The notes under the pieces were generated by a model that saw nothing but the letters and a program-made list of their open reading frames with translations, was not told where the DNA came from and searched no databases. 64,000 bases of DNA from Eledone cirrhosa (taxonomy: Eukaryota), in NCBI GenBank assembly GCA_964016885.1, contig OZ024740.1:332568001-332632000 (forward strand), written 5' to 3'. The translations under genes and the position numbers were made by a program. Positions within the stretch are counted from its first letter, which is position 1. The number at the start of each line of letters is the position of its first letter. Positions 42,701 to 56,299 of the stretch are shown piece by piece.

Positions 42701-42817
42701 ACAGTATTCCGATGATTTGATCAGAGACACACACTGTATTTAAGGGCGAGTGACGCAACTTCGAGTGATTAGCCGCCTTTAGACTCACCTGATCAATGAA
42801 ACAATTGTTAATACTGT
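42701..42817 (+). ncRNA. Type I hammerhead with CCGATGA core and ~80-nt extended stem II
   Basis: Stem I acagtatt/aatactgt (8 bp); CCGATGA 42709-42715; t-ttgatcag...ctgatcaa-t; GAAA 42798-42801; ACAATTGT; GUU. Preceded by an inverted copy (42640-42703) of its own downstream flank. Confidence 0.75.
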
Positions 42818-42879
42818 AAATAAAACCCTTTTTGTACAGCCGACCATGTTATTCTTCACTCTTTCACTACATATATATA

Positions 42880-42970
<91 letters not shown>

Positions 42971-43218
42971 CGGGGTAACAAATAATAGTTAAATGCAGTC
43001 CACTTAGGTAAAGTCCAGTTATGGTATTCCAGGTAGTGGAATTTTCTTCATTCTCGCATGCTCCGAAGATCTGACTGGTTATAATTTTGTATTGGCGATC
43101 GAGTAACGCGAACATAAGCGAATAGCGATCTCTTGACCTACCAGTTCAGAGAAACAAATGTCAGCTATGAGATTAAAAACCTTTTTTGTATAGCAAACCA
43201 TGTCACCCTTCTTTCCTG

Positions 43219-43323
<105 letters not shown>

Positions 43324-43334
43324 GAGAGAGAGAG

Positions 43335-43740
43335 ATTTACATATACATAAACTAGACAGAGCTATAGATATATATATGTGTTTTTGGTAACCATCACGGT
43401 GTGGCTCAATGACGAATTAATTAAATAATCAACAATCATAGCAATATACAAGAAAGTACGTCCATAGAATCATTTGATAAAATATATACAGTATTTCCTC
43501 ACCCAATCAGCATAATCAACCACACACACAATCAATTAAACAAGGCTATAAGATTAAAAGGCACCTATGAAGAAACAATAGACAAATAAACGATAGCTAT
43601 CTAACCGCGATCAACAGCCACAGAGTATTTACCCAGTATTTCTAATAGCCCGTGGAAATCGATTAGATGTAACGCCAACCATACACAATTAGGTACAAAA
43701 TCAAAGTTAGAAGGAAAAATGTATATAAGCATACCAACAT

Positions 43741-43789
<49 letters not shown>

Positions 43790-43868
43790 GCATACACACA
43801 CATACACACACACACACATATATAAGCATACCAAAATGTTGCACACATACACACACACACACACACAC

Positions 43869-43914
<46 letters not shown>

Positions 43915-44510
43915 ATTATATTGCTCTGATTATTTAATTTATTAATTCATAATTGAGCCACACGGTGAATGGTTGCCAAAACATACATATCTGTGACTTT
44001 GTCTAGTTTGTGTATATGTGAATCTTTACATTTGATAATCTCCCATAAGGTTGAGATGCAATTTGGGCAATATTGGGCTGCGCTTTCTAGCAACCAGCCC
44101 ACTCGCCGTAAGCCACCAATCACATTCTTTCTGACTTGACCACTGCCACGTCACAGTTCTTAGCCATTTTGAATTCGTTTATGGCGGGGATCACTTAAGA
44201 AAATTCTTTGTCCAAATGAGTTGGTTTCCTGATGAGTTCGAAGCTCGAGATTTTATCCTTGATAGGATATTTCCGAAAGCGCACGAAACCATAAGGGTAG
44301 AAACGCATTCCTTGTATGTGTATATGCATTTTTTCTTCTAACTTTAATTTTATACCTAATTGTGTATGGTTGACGGTATATTTAATCGATTTCCACGTGC
44401 TATTGAAATGTTGGGTAAATATTCTATAGCGGTTGATCGCGAATAAATTGGGAGAGGAAATGGTGTATATATATTATCAAATGATTCTATGGACATATTT
44501 TATAGTATAT
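43335..44510. mobile_element. Two oppositely oriented, circularly permuted pLTR copies (family shared with 21700-22115)
   Basis: 43335-43440 is inverted to 43911-44025, and 43440-43740 to 44310-44510. Confidence 0.75.
44222..44291 (+). ncRNA. Hammerhead-like motif with long stem II and A at position 16.1
   Basis: tggtttc-CTGATGA(44229-44235)-...tatcct-tgat-aggata...c-GAAA-gcgc-AC-gaaacca. Confidence 0.55.
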
Positions 44511-45059
44511 ATATATATTCTTGACTGATGGTCAAATCAAAAATATGATATTACATAGTAAGAAACCAGTTTAATCAGATAATTTTAAAGCGCTCAAAAT
44601 TGAATATATATGGCACATTTATTATCTTGGCAGTGCAATCCCTCAATCTATCTTACAATATAACGAGATTTAATTGAGAATTCAGAAATAATGTGATGCA
44701 TTTGAAAAACTGAAACCTTCCTGGAATCAACATGGAATTAAACATATATACATTATGCATAACGTCCTTTCCTCTTATATCCACTGAGTTGTAGATTACA
44801 CATGCATTATTATTTATCAAACAAATTGAAAATAATAAATAAAACCTGCGACAGGAATATATTTAATATAACCTGGAATTCTCACACTTCAGATATAATC
44901 GTTCTGAAGAACTCAATCATAAATGTGTTAGTGTCAATGACAATGTATTGTGGCTTTTAATGGTCAGAACAACTAAGAAACAACCACAATGATAACCAAA
45001 CCAATAATATAAATATTTTCTAAAAAGAGACTGAAAAAGTGAAAATAAATTATGAGAAT

Positions 45060-45490
45060 TGGGGAAAAATAGCTCACGATTGAGTGGGGTAATGAGGCTA
45101 ATATAAAGCAGAATGTGAATACCGTTGAAGAGGAACGTGTTAGATATGCTGAACTAAAAGGTTCTTTGCAAAAACATGACATGTTCACCCTTAGGGAAAA
45201 TGATGAACTTACAAATTTCCCCTGTTCACATTGTAATGAGGTATACGCATCAAATTCAGGTCTGAAATATTATTTAACAACGTATGATATGAATTTATAT
45301 ATAACAAAAATATAGAATTTGCCACAAAATATGAAGTCCGCTGACTTAAAAAAAACCATTTTAATGCCATAGAGCAGGGAAGATATGAAGGATGTCACTT
45401 TGCCATTGATACCGTCTGAAATCAAATGCAAAATTTGCCAAAGACCTTTCGCTCCATGACTAGTTAAAGGCCACATGTTTCTTGTTAAGC
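45060..45490 (+). pseudogene. Decayed RTE/BovB-like LINE 3' end with two C2H2-like knuckles
   Basis: EEERVRYAELK...FPCSHCNEVYASNSGLK and CKICQRPF...KGHM. Confidence 0.5.
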
Positions 45491-45596
45491 CGTTAGCGCG
45501 CGCGAGTAAGGTAGAGATAGGGAGAGAGTGTGGATGAGAGTGAGAGAGAGAAAGAGAGAGATAGACATAGATATTATATATATATATATATATATA

Positions 45597-45787
45597 TAAC
45601 TGTTTCTACTTTTGACACAAGGCCAGCAATTACCCAGTACATTAATGATACTTTATTTTATCGACCCCGTAAGGATGAAAGGCAAAGTTAACGTCGGCGG
45701 AATTTGAACTCAGAATGGCAAGGACCATAACTCTATACGTCAAAGCATGGCGTCCGACCCTCTACCGATACTGCCAATCCACCGCCA
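45597..45787 (-). mobile_element. SINE family A, full length
   Basis: Reverse complement of 4950-5137; inserted in (TA)n. Confidence 0.88.
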
Positions 45788-45804
45788 TTATATATATATA
45801 TATA

Positions 45805-46010
45805 TTACTGGTACTTTATTTTATCGACCCCATAAGGATGAAAGGCAAAGTTAACCTCGGCGGGATTTGAACTCAGTTACGGCCCTTGCCATTCTGAGTT
45901 CAAATCCCGCCGAGGTTAACTTTGCCTTTCATCCTTATGGGGTCGATAAAATAAAGTACCAGTAATGTACTGGGTAATTGCTGGCCTTGTGCCAAAAGTA
46001 GAAACAATTA
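45805..46010. mobile_element. 5'-inverted (fold-back) SINE family A
   Basis: Arms 45805-45876 and 45894-45965 are perfect reverse complements around a 17-nt loop. Confidence 0.88.
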
Positions 46011-46257
46011 TATATATATATATAACAAAGGAATTGTGGTAAGGAACCAGATGGAGCATAACGCACCAGAGTACTCAATACTTAGGGTAGTAGAGTGGGA
46101 AATAGTAAAAAGCATGACGCCGACGGCAGAGCTCAAGCCGTTTCGCCGGCTATTTCTGGACTAAATTAGAATTTTTAGGCTGGTGAATAAATAGTCGAAC
46201 TTGTCAAGGGGGTACTTCCTTATATGGGAAGATTGTAGTTGTCAAGAGGATAAAGAG

Positions 46258-47469
46258 AGCTCCCGACGTCAGTATGGGCGCGACGGATTCGGCCGAGGTC
46301 ACAAATCTTATAGGATTATTCCTACTATTTAAACTCACCGAAATGTTTCCTTCAATCGGCGGTGGATTGTACCGGGATGATGGGCTCCTCTCCCTCAAAG
46401 GGTACAACCCAGTAGTATAGACTGGGTCCGTAAACAACTAATCAACTGCTTCCGGGACTGGGGATTTAAAATCACCCTGAAAACGTCCCTAACCCGAGTC
46501 AATTTCATGGACGTTACCCTTAACCTTGAAAATAATCTGTACTACCCATACAGGAAACCAAACAACAACCTGCACTACACCCACTGTTGCTCTAACCACC
46601 CTAGAAACATCACCAATAACCGGGTTAATAACATCTCCCTCCGCATATCTCGTTTGCCCGCTAATGAGCAGATATTCGATGAACACGCGCTTCATTACAG
46701 CCAGGCCCTCAAGCGGAGTGGTTTCCGGGAGTAAATATCCTTTTATCCAGCTTCCCTTAGCGGAACCAGCAGGCAACACCGCCGCTTACGCAACGTAACG
46801 TGGTTCAATCCTCCCCATAATGCCGAGGTGGAAACACCTATCGGGAACATCTTCTTTAGACTCCTCGAAAAACACTTCCCACTACAACACCGCTACCACA
46901 ACATAATCAACAAAAACACCATCAAACTCTCCTACAGCACCACACCTAACTTCGCACAAAACATCGTCTCCTCAAACAACAAAAAAACTCAACCACTATG
47001 GAAGAAATAACCTAGACATCAGTGGAGAGCCGACCAGGAGGTGTAACTGACCTGATAGATCTACGTGCCCCCTCAACAACAAATGCCGAGAACGAAACGT
47101 GATTTACCAGTGCAACTTGAGGACGGACACCTCCAACAAAGCTGATATAGGATTAACCGCGTGTGTTCTCCAGATCCGGCTCTACCAACACCGACATACT
47201 TTCCGAAACTCGACCGGCGACATGCCACTACACTTTCGGGCCTCCAAGATAATAATATAACCTACTATCTCACTTGGAGCTTACTGTCCAGAGCTAACTC
47301 TTACACGGGAGGACGCCGTCCGTGTAACTTGTGCTCGGAGGAAACATTACAAATGCTGTTTTCGAAGAACCAACTCCTAAAAAAGAAAGACGAACTGGTA
47401 ACCGCATGCAAACACAGATTGCGTAGGACTTACCTCGCCCCCAAACCCCATAACGACCCGGATGGGTAG
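46258..47469 (+). pseudogene. PLE RT (from motif B) + GIY-YIG endonuclease; same clade as 19048-21178, multiple stops and frameshifts
   Basis: PDVSMGATDSAEVTNLIGLFLL..GGGLYRDDGL, NFMDVTLNL..YYPYRKPN, SNHP, WFNPP, IKLSYS, CPLNNKC..VIYQC, IGLT, CNLCSEE, ACKH. Confidence 0.9.
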
Positions 47470-48146
47470 ACAATGGCTGATACCCCCACTTGCCGAATAA
47501 GTTAGGAGAAACCCCAGCTTACATAGGTAGATGTATCTCTATCCTTTTCCTCCTTGTCTTCTTCCCTCTGTCTCATCCAATAACTTCCTTCAACCCCTAT
47601 TTTCTTCCTCGTCTGCTTTTCCCCTTTCGCCTACCCCGATGCAGCCCATCGGGCCTCTGTAACATCAGTTCCTCCACTCCTGTAATTTTAAGATAAAATT
47701 GGCCGAATATGTTTTACTAACTACTTATAGCAGCTGTGTTAAACCCCTTTAATTTTGTATCAGTTTTGTTACTACTCATTCTACAAGTGTTTGCTATTCT
47801 CAACTTATTAACCTGTAATTGTAAGATAGCATTGTGATTTTTTTATTCATTTCTCACTATCTAATTTTATATATTTTTTTATTTCTCTCTATTATCTTTT
47901 ATTGTCTCCTACTCTCATTCGATGTACCTATTCTATAACCTCCCTCCTCCACTTCATACACTATCCTTAGAATCTGCTGTATACATATCACTTTCAACGC
48001 TTGACCGCTCCACTCACTCCCCTATTGTTCTACAGGCAAGTTCAGCCGCCCTACCTCCCACCAAATGCCATGATAGACTTATTTGTGTTTACAACAAATT
48101 TTAACCATTCCTCTTGACAACTAAAATCTTCCCATATAAGGAACTA

Positions 48147-48241
48147 CCCCCTTGACAAGTTCGGCTATTTATTTACCAGTCTAAAAATTCTAATTTAGTC
48201 CAGAAATAGCCGTCGAAACGGCTTGAGCTCTGCCGTCGGGG
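48147..48241 (+). ncRNA. Type I hammerhead with U3:A8 core (TTGACAA); inverted copy at 46118-46212 (-)
   Basis: cccc/gggg stem I; TTGACAA 48152-48158; stem II g..cggctattt/aaatagccg..c; GAAA 48215-48218; stem III acggc/gccgt; GUC 48235-48237. Confidence 0.78.
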
Positions 48242-48249
48242 TCATACTT

Positions 48250-48300
<51 letters not shown>

Positions 48301-48686
48301 GAGGTTATATTTAATTTGTTGGGATTCAACAAGCTTAAACATTTTTTTATAACTGATATAAAGCACTCAACTGGTTAGTGGAGTAAATACACAACTTGGT
48401 TGCCCTTGAAATATGTATAACAAAATAAATATGGTTTTATAAATATAGTTACCATTTATTAATATATTATATATATATATTATATATATATATATATATA
48501 TATCACACCCCTAGATTCCTATCGCTTTCTCTTCATCATTAACATATTTTCTTACTACTAATACAGGGTGATTATATATACTCACTCCACTTTTACCTTC
48601 ACTGCCCTTGCTTTTACATATATATTTATATATATATATATATATATATGTGTATGTGTGTATATGTATATATATATATATATGTG

Positions 48687-48782
<96 letters not shown>

Positions 48783-49644
48783 AGAATACGTTGACCCATG
48801 TCCTGTTAATTCGTTGGTATATAATTTATCAACAGTCAAATGATTATGTGCAAATAAGTTATGGGAAAGTTTTGAACTCAGTGCACAAACGGCCGCAATA
48901 AATAAAAGAATATTTTTATCTGGCGCTTTAAACATTCAGTTCATGTGTAATTGAAAGGAGTAAGTTAAAGTTTGAAACAAAGTTTTTTTCCTTTTGTGCT
49001 TTATATCTTTATCTTTAACTTGAGGTGTAATGATAACCTAAACATTTTTAGCTCGATTTCAGAATGATTCATTTGAACATTATAACCCTAATATCATTAT
49101 ATATATACATGCATACTACACACACATACTGACACGTACATATGGAAGAATGTATAAGTGCACGCCAGGGTGACTTGAATCGTGATGGCCGAAACAAAAT
49201 AAATAGCCAAATAACAGACTATTTGTCCGTCTATCTCTTTGTCTGAATGCTGTATTTTCAAGAACGGAATATTCTAGTTAATTTCATCCAGTAAATCTTT
49301 TCATACACTAAATCTTTTCTTTTAAGATTTGTTGTAAATTGTTTACATTGCTTCTTTGATACCTGTTGTGTCTTGATAATGCGATGATAGAAAATAGCTC
49401 AGTGAAGAAGCTAATGATTAACTTGCTAGATAGAAATAATCTCAAGTTCATTGATATTGACCTTCATTTTGGGAAGCCTAATAATACTTTCTCATTCCTA
49501 TCGATGAACTGCATTGACGTTAATTCTCTTATCTTCTATACAGGAGGTGAATTAATATATTATATAACCTAACGCTACAGAATGTTATCATAACAGCATT
49601 TTATTGAAATCAAATCGATGTTCTATGTAGCGAAGCAAATACAG

Positions 49645-49743
<99 letters not shown>

Positions 49744-49972
49744 CTGTGTGTGTGTGTGTATACAGACACATTTTAAATTTCGAGAATAAACTCAGTATAT
49801 ATAAAGGCTATCTTTAACTTCTTTCTCATTAGGATTTTTATCCGACAGTAATCGCAGCTTATATGACAGATAAAACGTCTAAGGAACATTTACTTATAAC
49901 AATGAATTCGTATATATATATATTCACACAGACCCCCCCCCCACACACACACACATACACACACACACACGC

Positions 49973-50025
<53 letters not shown>

Positions 50026-51349
50026 ATATTATATAAAAGAGAATGAATTTTCAATTTTAAATATTTTATTCATCATCAAACGTGGTTTCAATCTATACAT
50101 CTGTTTTCCCTCTAGAATTTATCTGTTCATGAGATGCGTAGGTTATAATTGAAACATCATCCTCTTTGGAAGTGTAGGCACCTGATTCTCTAGCGAGTAG
50201 ATATTACGTTTATATATTATCTGAAGAGCGTGTAGGTGTAATGAAGCTGAGGTGTCGGTGTGTTCTGTGTAAGCAGCTCGGCACCAGCCTCTGTGGTGAT
50301 GAATATGACAACAACAACGACAGCAGCAACCATAACAAGAAGAGCGATGATAGCAGCAACAACAACAACAACCACAACAACCATTACTACAATAACATTG
50401 ATAACTCCAATACCTCCTACGCCACCGTCTCTAAATCATATTCCAAATATTGTCAGTTGAGATCTCTACAAGAACCGTAGCTACCGCTCCCACAACAACA
50501 CGATCAACAAGAACACCAGCTGCATCAACCACCATAATAACACCTATAATAAAACCATGGTGCCACAGACACAATGTTGGATGTGTTAGTGTATGAGACA
50601 CTTCCTGTTTTGATAAAACCATCATAGACAAGTCGATGGATGTAGTTTGGTAATCCGTTCTTGTAATTTGGTATTTAGTCAGCTTGAATCTAAGGGTAAT
50701 ATACGCAATTTTGTGAGGTTAAATTTGCAAATGTTTAGGTTTTCATGTGCTAGCTTTTATCATGGCGCAATTAGAAGAGACTATAGATTGCTACATATGG
50801 TGTGTATTAGAATAATATATTTTTATGTATTAAATAATGTGTGCTATCTATGTCGAGTTTCTAATTGATTTTTATTTAATGAATAAAGATATTTTATATA
50901 TCCGCATGTTCCCCTCTAAATTTTGTGATGCCTTGAAAGCAGTTACATTTTATATGTATTTTTATGTGAATTGTAGGCATCTCATGGTTCTCCATATGAT
51001 ATTCTTTGGATCAAATTGCTACATCTTAGTGCATTATCGTATATTGAATATTATTTCGAATATTCTTTAATTATTTCTCATAGAGTAATTCCTCCAATTC
51101 ATAAATAGAATCAATCCTAATAGTCAACGATTTTACATTCAATGTAATAATTAATTAATAGATAATTGCCAAAAATGACGGAAAATACCCCACCTCACTC
51201 TGCACCAATTATAATATTACGGACTAAAAAATTTAAATATCTAATCATTCAGCTATCTGGTTCTTCTAAAATTGAGCAAAAATTAATATTTTTAAATATT
51301 TAATAGTAAAACCTCATCAGAAAATACAATAAAAATATCCAAATGGACT

Positions 51350-52150
51350 AATGGTTTAAAGAAGGAGAACTGAAGAACTGACTAGAACCCCCAACTATAC
51401 CAAATAGCCCCAAAACATAGAGAAATGTTGAGGTTAATATATAATAGCGACTCCAATTCAATAAATAAATATCGTACTAAGTATCTAACAAGGAATCTTA
51501 TTTTAAAATACACGTTAACATTTATATTATATTTTCGTTATACAATCTACACAATAATAAACTGAAAAATAATATTAGAAGCCAAGATGCCTTAACACTA
51601 CCTATTAAATCCATAAAACAGTAATAAAAAGGAAATTAAAAAATTTTAATTTAAACAGCCTTTAGTAAAACAAATTAACAACCATATGCAACAAAAAATA
51701 CATTGCGTTATATAGCAAACGTGGATTGTTACATTACGGAAAATAATAAATAGATCACAATTCTACAAACTGCTGCATAAATTCCTATTCCCCTACTTCA
51801 ACTCGATTCCATTTCTACTAGTGCCATCCAAACCTCTGAGCATAAAGAATATACCAATTCCAAAAGAATAAAAATATTGTTCATATTAAGACTTGTATAT
51901 ACTATTCACAAAATTCAGTAAAGAAATTAAGTATTAAACATAACAAATCTATTCAACCACTTCAAATAAATCATATTAAAATTCATACACATGTAAATAG
52001 ATATACCGTTATATCTGTCTATCAATTGGAATGAAAGAGCAAACAATACATAAATATATAACCAATGCCTACAAATACACGATCCCTATCAATCAAATCC
52101 CAAATTTCTACTATGACACCAGAACCTTGCTACTTTCAACCATTGTATAT
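51350..52150 (+). pseudogene. Possible very decayed Naiad-like PLE RT remnant
   Basis: Ordered fragments PKHRE, ICNKKYI, LHK..RF..KPLS, IP..NF.L resemble KGPKYRE / ICKxxY / HKxPxxxRFI..KPLS / GIPMG..ANL. Read across many frameshifts. Confidence 0.3.
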
Positions 52151-52185
52151 AGCTTATTAACAAGCCCAATAAACGAATAAATGAA

Positions 52186-52315
52186 TAATTGTTTCTTCTT
52201 TTGGCAGCAATTATTGCAGTGTATTACTGATACTTTATTTTATCGACCCCGTAAGGATAAAAGGCAAAGTTAACCTCGGCGGGATTTGAACTCAGATCAT
52301 AAAGGGCCGTAACAC
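52186..52315 (-). mobile_element. SINE family A, partial
   Basis: Matches the family body. Confidence 0.8.
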
Positions 52316-52319
52316 TTTG

Positions 52320-52485
52320 CTAATCATTACAATACTACTACTACTACTACTACCACAGCTGCTGCTGCTACTACTGCTGCAGCTGCTGCCGCTTCTGCTG
52401 CTAATACTACTGGTGCTGCTGTTGTTGTTGCTGCTGTTGCTACTAATAGTGTTGTTGCTACTAAAACTACTAAGACTACTATTAA
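52320..52485. repeat. (CTA/CTG/TTG)n trinucleotide tract
   Basis: Directly visible; explains the poly-Leu ORF. Confidence 0.9.
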
Positions 52486-52509
52486 CTGTTCCGTATGAGA
52501 AGATATTTT

Positions 52510-53960
52510 AAAACTCTCACCAAAGACACTAATTCTTTTATCATATGCATATAATGTCTAGCCATCTAAATTGACCATCAAGAAAAAGCTGATGACCACC
52601 AGGAAAAACAAATTGGCATTCAGAACTGATAATTGTCCTCTAATGCTTAGAGTCTAATCCAGCTAAATATTATGCCGTTCGTGAAGGTGGTATTTGAACA
52701 CAAGTTCAGATGAGAAGCAATCCCTTTCGACAGGATTTATATAAAAGCATTAGAAAGATAAAATGGTTCTAATGCTGAACCAGACCACTTTAATAAAATT
52801 GCTAAACTTTTTACAGGTTAAGAGGTGTACTTACCAAGGATTTTTATCTAATGACAGTACTAGCCACTGACAGAAAATTAGTGGGAATGGGATAAATGTT
52901 ATCACTAAATCAGATCAGTTCATAACTAAATATTCTGAAATAGTCGGAATTAGAGAATCACGCTTTATCTTTATTTTAGTCTGAAGATCCTGATTTCAAC
53001 AACAATCCATTCATTAGGTAACCATATCAAATACGTTATAAGTTGGCTTACTAAAAGAAGAAAAAAGAAAAAAGAAAAAAGAGAGAGAATTATCCCTAAA
53101 AATAAGAATGTTGTCCCTTGTGGAATAATACCTTCAGTGTGATAGATTGTTTGTGATATCCATAGTAAGGAACATGGCCGTTTTATCAAATTAGATATTA
53201 ATCGTCCATCCCTTTACAATTAATACTTAGGGAGGTGAAGTATTGGCAGTATCGGTAGAGGGTCGAATGCCATGCTTTGCAGCATGGAATTATGGCCCTT
53301 TATCATCTGAGTTCAAATTTGACTTTCATCTTTGCGGAATCGGTAAAATAAAGCACCAGTTAGGTACTGGGGTGATTGCTGGCCTTGTGCCAAAAGTAGA
53401 AACAATTATTACTTAGGGCTATACATTTTAGCAAGAGTATAAAAGAGATTAAGGATTACTTCGATATTGATATTATAATCAATGCTCGAAAGATTGTGAT
53501 AAATTTCGATAATTATATTTAGATGAAACAATCTAATATACCGGCTTTGATGTGAGAATTGAGCCATAGTCGTTATTGGGTTTTCTATAGTCTTTTCTAT
53601 TAAAGGAGAATTATCCAATGTAGACGTCAGTCTACATGGCTGTCGTTTGACCGTGACCATGTGCGGGCATTGGCCCTGTTTCAGGAAGGAATTGATTGCA
53701 TTTGTAAAGGCTTCTACGATTTGATAGTAATACATGCACACACATCTGTGGTGAATTTCCAAGACGTGACCATAATTCCATCCAATAGCCTGTTTTATCC
53801 ACATAGAAAGTGCAACCAGATATTGAAAAAACCCCATCCCGTTTGCTTAACTAACTATCTGGTGGGAAATAACTCTTTGAGCCTATCCTGTTTATCCAGA
53901 CTGTGGATACATTTACGGATCCTTCCACACACTATAGTTAATCTCTGGCTTTTAGTCGAT
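52510..53960 (-). pseudogene. Possible very decayed Naiad-like PLE RT remnant, interrupted by a SINE
   Basis: Minus-strand fragments YGHVLEI..FLKQG, IYHTEGIIPQGT and FFLMVNL..AYDKR occur in the expected RT order. Confidence 0.35.
53231..53408 (+). mobile_element. SINE family A, diverged full length
   Basis: Matches 4950-5137 with an internal deletion. Confidence 0.82.
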
Positions 53961-55030
53961 TATCTAAATTACGAATAATTTGAAGACCTAGACGTATTAA
54001 GTGGTGTAATATGATCTGTAAGCGGCTACATCAACAGAAGAAGGAGAATAAACATAATAAAAGAAGATGAACAACAACTACGACGACAATGATCAATCTG
54101 CCATGTTTTATAAATATATTTCATCATTTAAATGTTATATATTTACTAATTCATCTTACTCAGTAATACTTACGTTACAGGAAATCTTATCAAAGTTAAC
54201 ATTTCCCCAAAGATCCGTTCCTGAACAATTGAGTTCGAAGAGACAAATAAACAGGAGAAATGTTTCTCGATGAACAACATTTGGCTGTGCAATAATGTAT
54301 TCTGTGTTACCTTGTTCATCTGAAGATAATTATATAAAATTAATTGTTCTTTCTAATGATAAAAAAATAACGTGAATATATATCAAATTTACAATTATTC
54401 GCATGATTATCTTTTACGGATATTTAATAGAGTATTTCCTATGAATTTTATTGCTTAATAATTGGAAATACATTAACCAAAGGAAGACATAAATGTAACT
54501 GGCGAGACACAAATATGTTTCAAATATATGTGCATTATTAGATAATCAAACTATTCAAACATGCACGAGTCAATGATTATTACTCCTCACTGCAGAAAAG
54601 AGAAATCAAATTATAATTCCTTGAATTCCATTTTAAGTACCTTGAATGCTATTCTGATCTTTTTTCATCTTTACCCTACATTCATCTAAATGATTTATTT
54701 TTTCTAAATTTCTCATCTTTAGTAGCTCTTTCATTATATTGATTGCCGTCATTCTTCCACTCAATCCTGTTTGAAGAACCCTATAGTAAAATGTGATCAT
54801 GCTTTGAGCATCCATTTTTTCACAAGCCATATTACGTGTTTGATTACATTAGAGAGTGTGCTCTTATTTTTTATTTCAAGGTAGTAGGGTAGAATTGGGC
54901 GGAAAGTTAGCGAAAATTATTTTGAGGTTATTAGTGGATGCAAAATTCTAGGTTGAGGTTTTAATGCTAGTTATATATATTTCAATGTGGGTATTTACAT
55001 TTGGATAAGTTTAATTATGTATTTATGTTT

Positions 55031-55062
<32 letters not shown>

Positions 55063-55158
55063 GAAAATGTTCAAGACCGCGATGGCAGAGCTCAAGCCGT
55101 TTCGACGGCTATTTCTGGACTTAATACATATGTCGCCGCCTTTCTCTCTCTCACTCTA

Positions 55159-55224
<66 letters not shown>

Positions 55225-55425
55225 TTAGAGCAAACATCACGGGCGCTCTATCTCAACATTATTTTTGAAAAGCATTAGAAATGCGCAACCGGTAAAAACT
55301 TAAAGTTAAAACTGAATACTTATTACTAATTTTTACTTATTCCTAATTAAACTATTTTTCACTGGGAACAATTTGTTAGCATTTTCTTTTCCTTTTACCA
55401 ATATGTTACAACTCTATTCTTTTAA

Positions 55426-55529
<104 letters not shown>

Positions 55530-55972
55530 AGGGGTCAACAAAGTGAGAGTGATATATGTGTAGGGTGAAAAATAAATGTAGACATACCTATTTATTTAAT
55601 ATATATGACGATTACCATGCTCTCATTAGACGGTCATATGAAATATAGTACATTAATATGTTTGAAATAAAAGTAGATTTTCAGAAATAACCAGGATTAC
55701 TTAAACATTTTTTGTTCGAAACCGTTTTACTCAGGTAAGCTTTTCATTTTGATATGGGTAGGGTGGATATGATTTTCTCACACGTTTCTATATGGTGTAT
55801 TGATTCATATCCTCGATATATTGTGTTATAGCTGTTACGTATTTTTTCTAAACCAAGGAACGACATTCCTTGTGTTTCTGTTGTCGCTTATGACGAAAGA
55901 ATTTACAACCCATAAGAAGGCCTGTTTGACCAATTTAGTGTGCATGCCAACTATTACATGTTATAATATATA

Positions 55973-56070
<98 letters not shown>

Positions 56071-56299
56071 TATGTGCGCGTGTATGTGTATATGTGTATT
56101 TGTGTGCGTGCGTGTGCGTGTGTGTGTGTGTGTGTTAGTGTGCGTGTATGCGTGTGTGCGCTGAAAGTTAACAGACAAAACTAAACACGAGAAAAACTCA
56201 ATATAATTATGTTATATCAGTCTAACTGTTGGTATTTTTAGTAATATATGCGTGCGAGAAGGAAAACGAGAGAAAGAGAGGTAGATTGATATATATATA

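Larger units (their letters stand above)
46023..48253 (+). mobile_element. 5'-truncated PLE with 5' inverted pLTR (46023-46250) and 3' pLTR
   Basis: 46105-46250 is the reverse complement of 48108-48253; both ends lie in (TA)n. Confidence 0.9.

Noticed and set aside
47041-47052. TGA at a conserved Cys (CN*P instead of CNC), and similarly N*LH at ~13619: possible selenocysteine as in some Naiads
   Set aside because: Both copies carry other stops and frameshifts. The mirror arm of the 13-kb element has TTC at that codon, implying ancestral TGC. No SECIS recognised.
50241-50640. Thr/Asn-rich mucin-like ORFs
   Set aside because: Derived from an (AAC)n low-complexity tract; no consistent frame or splice evidence.
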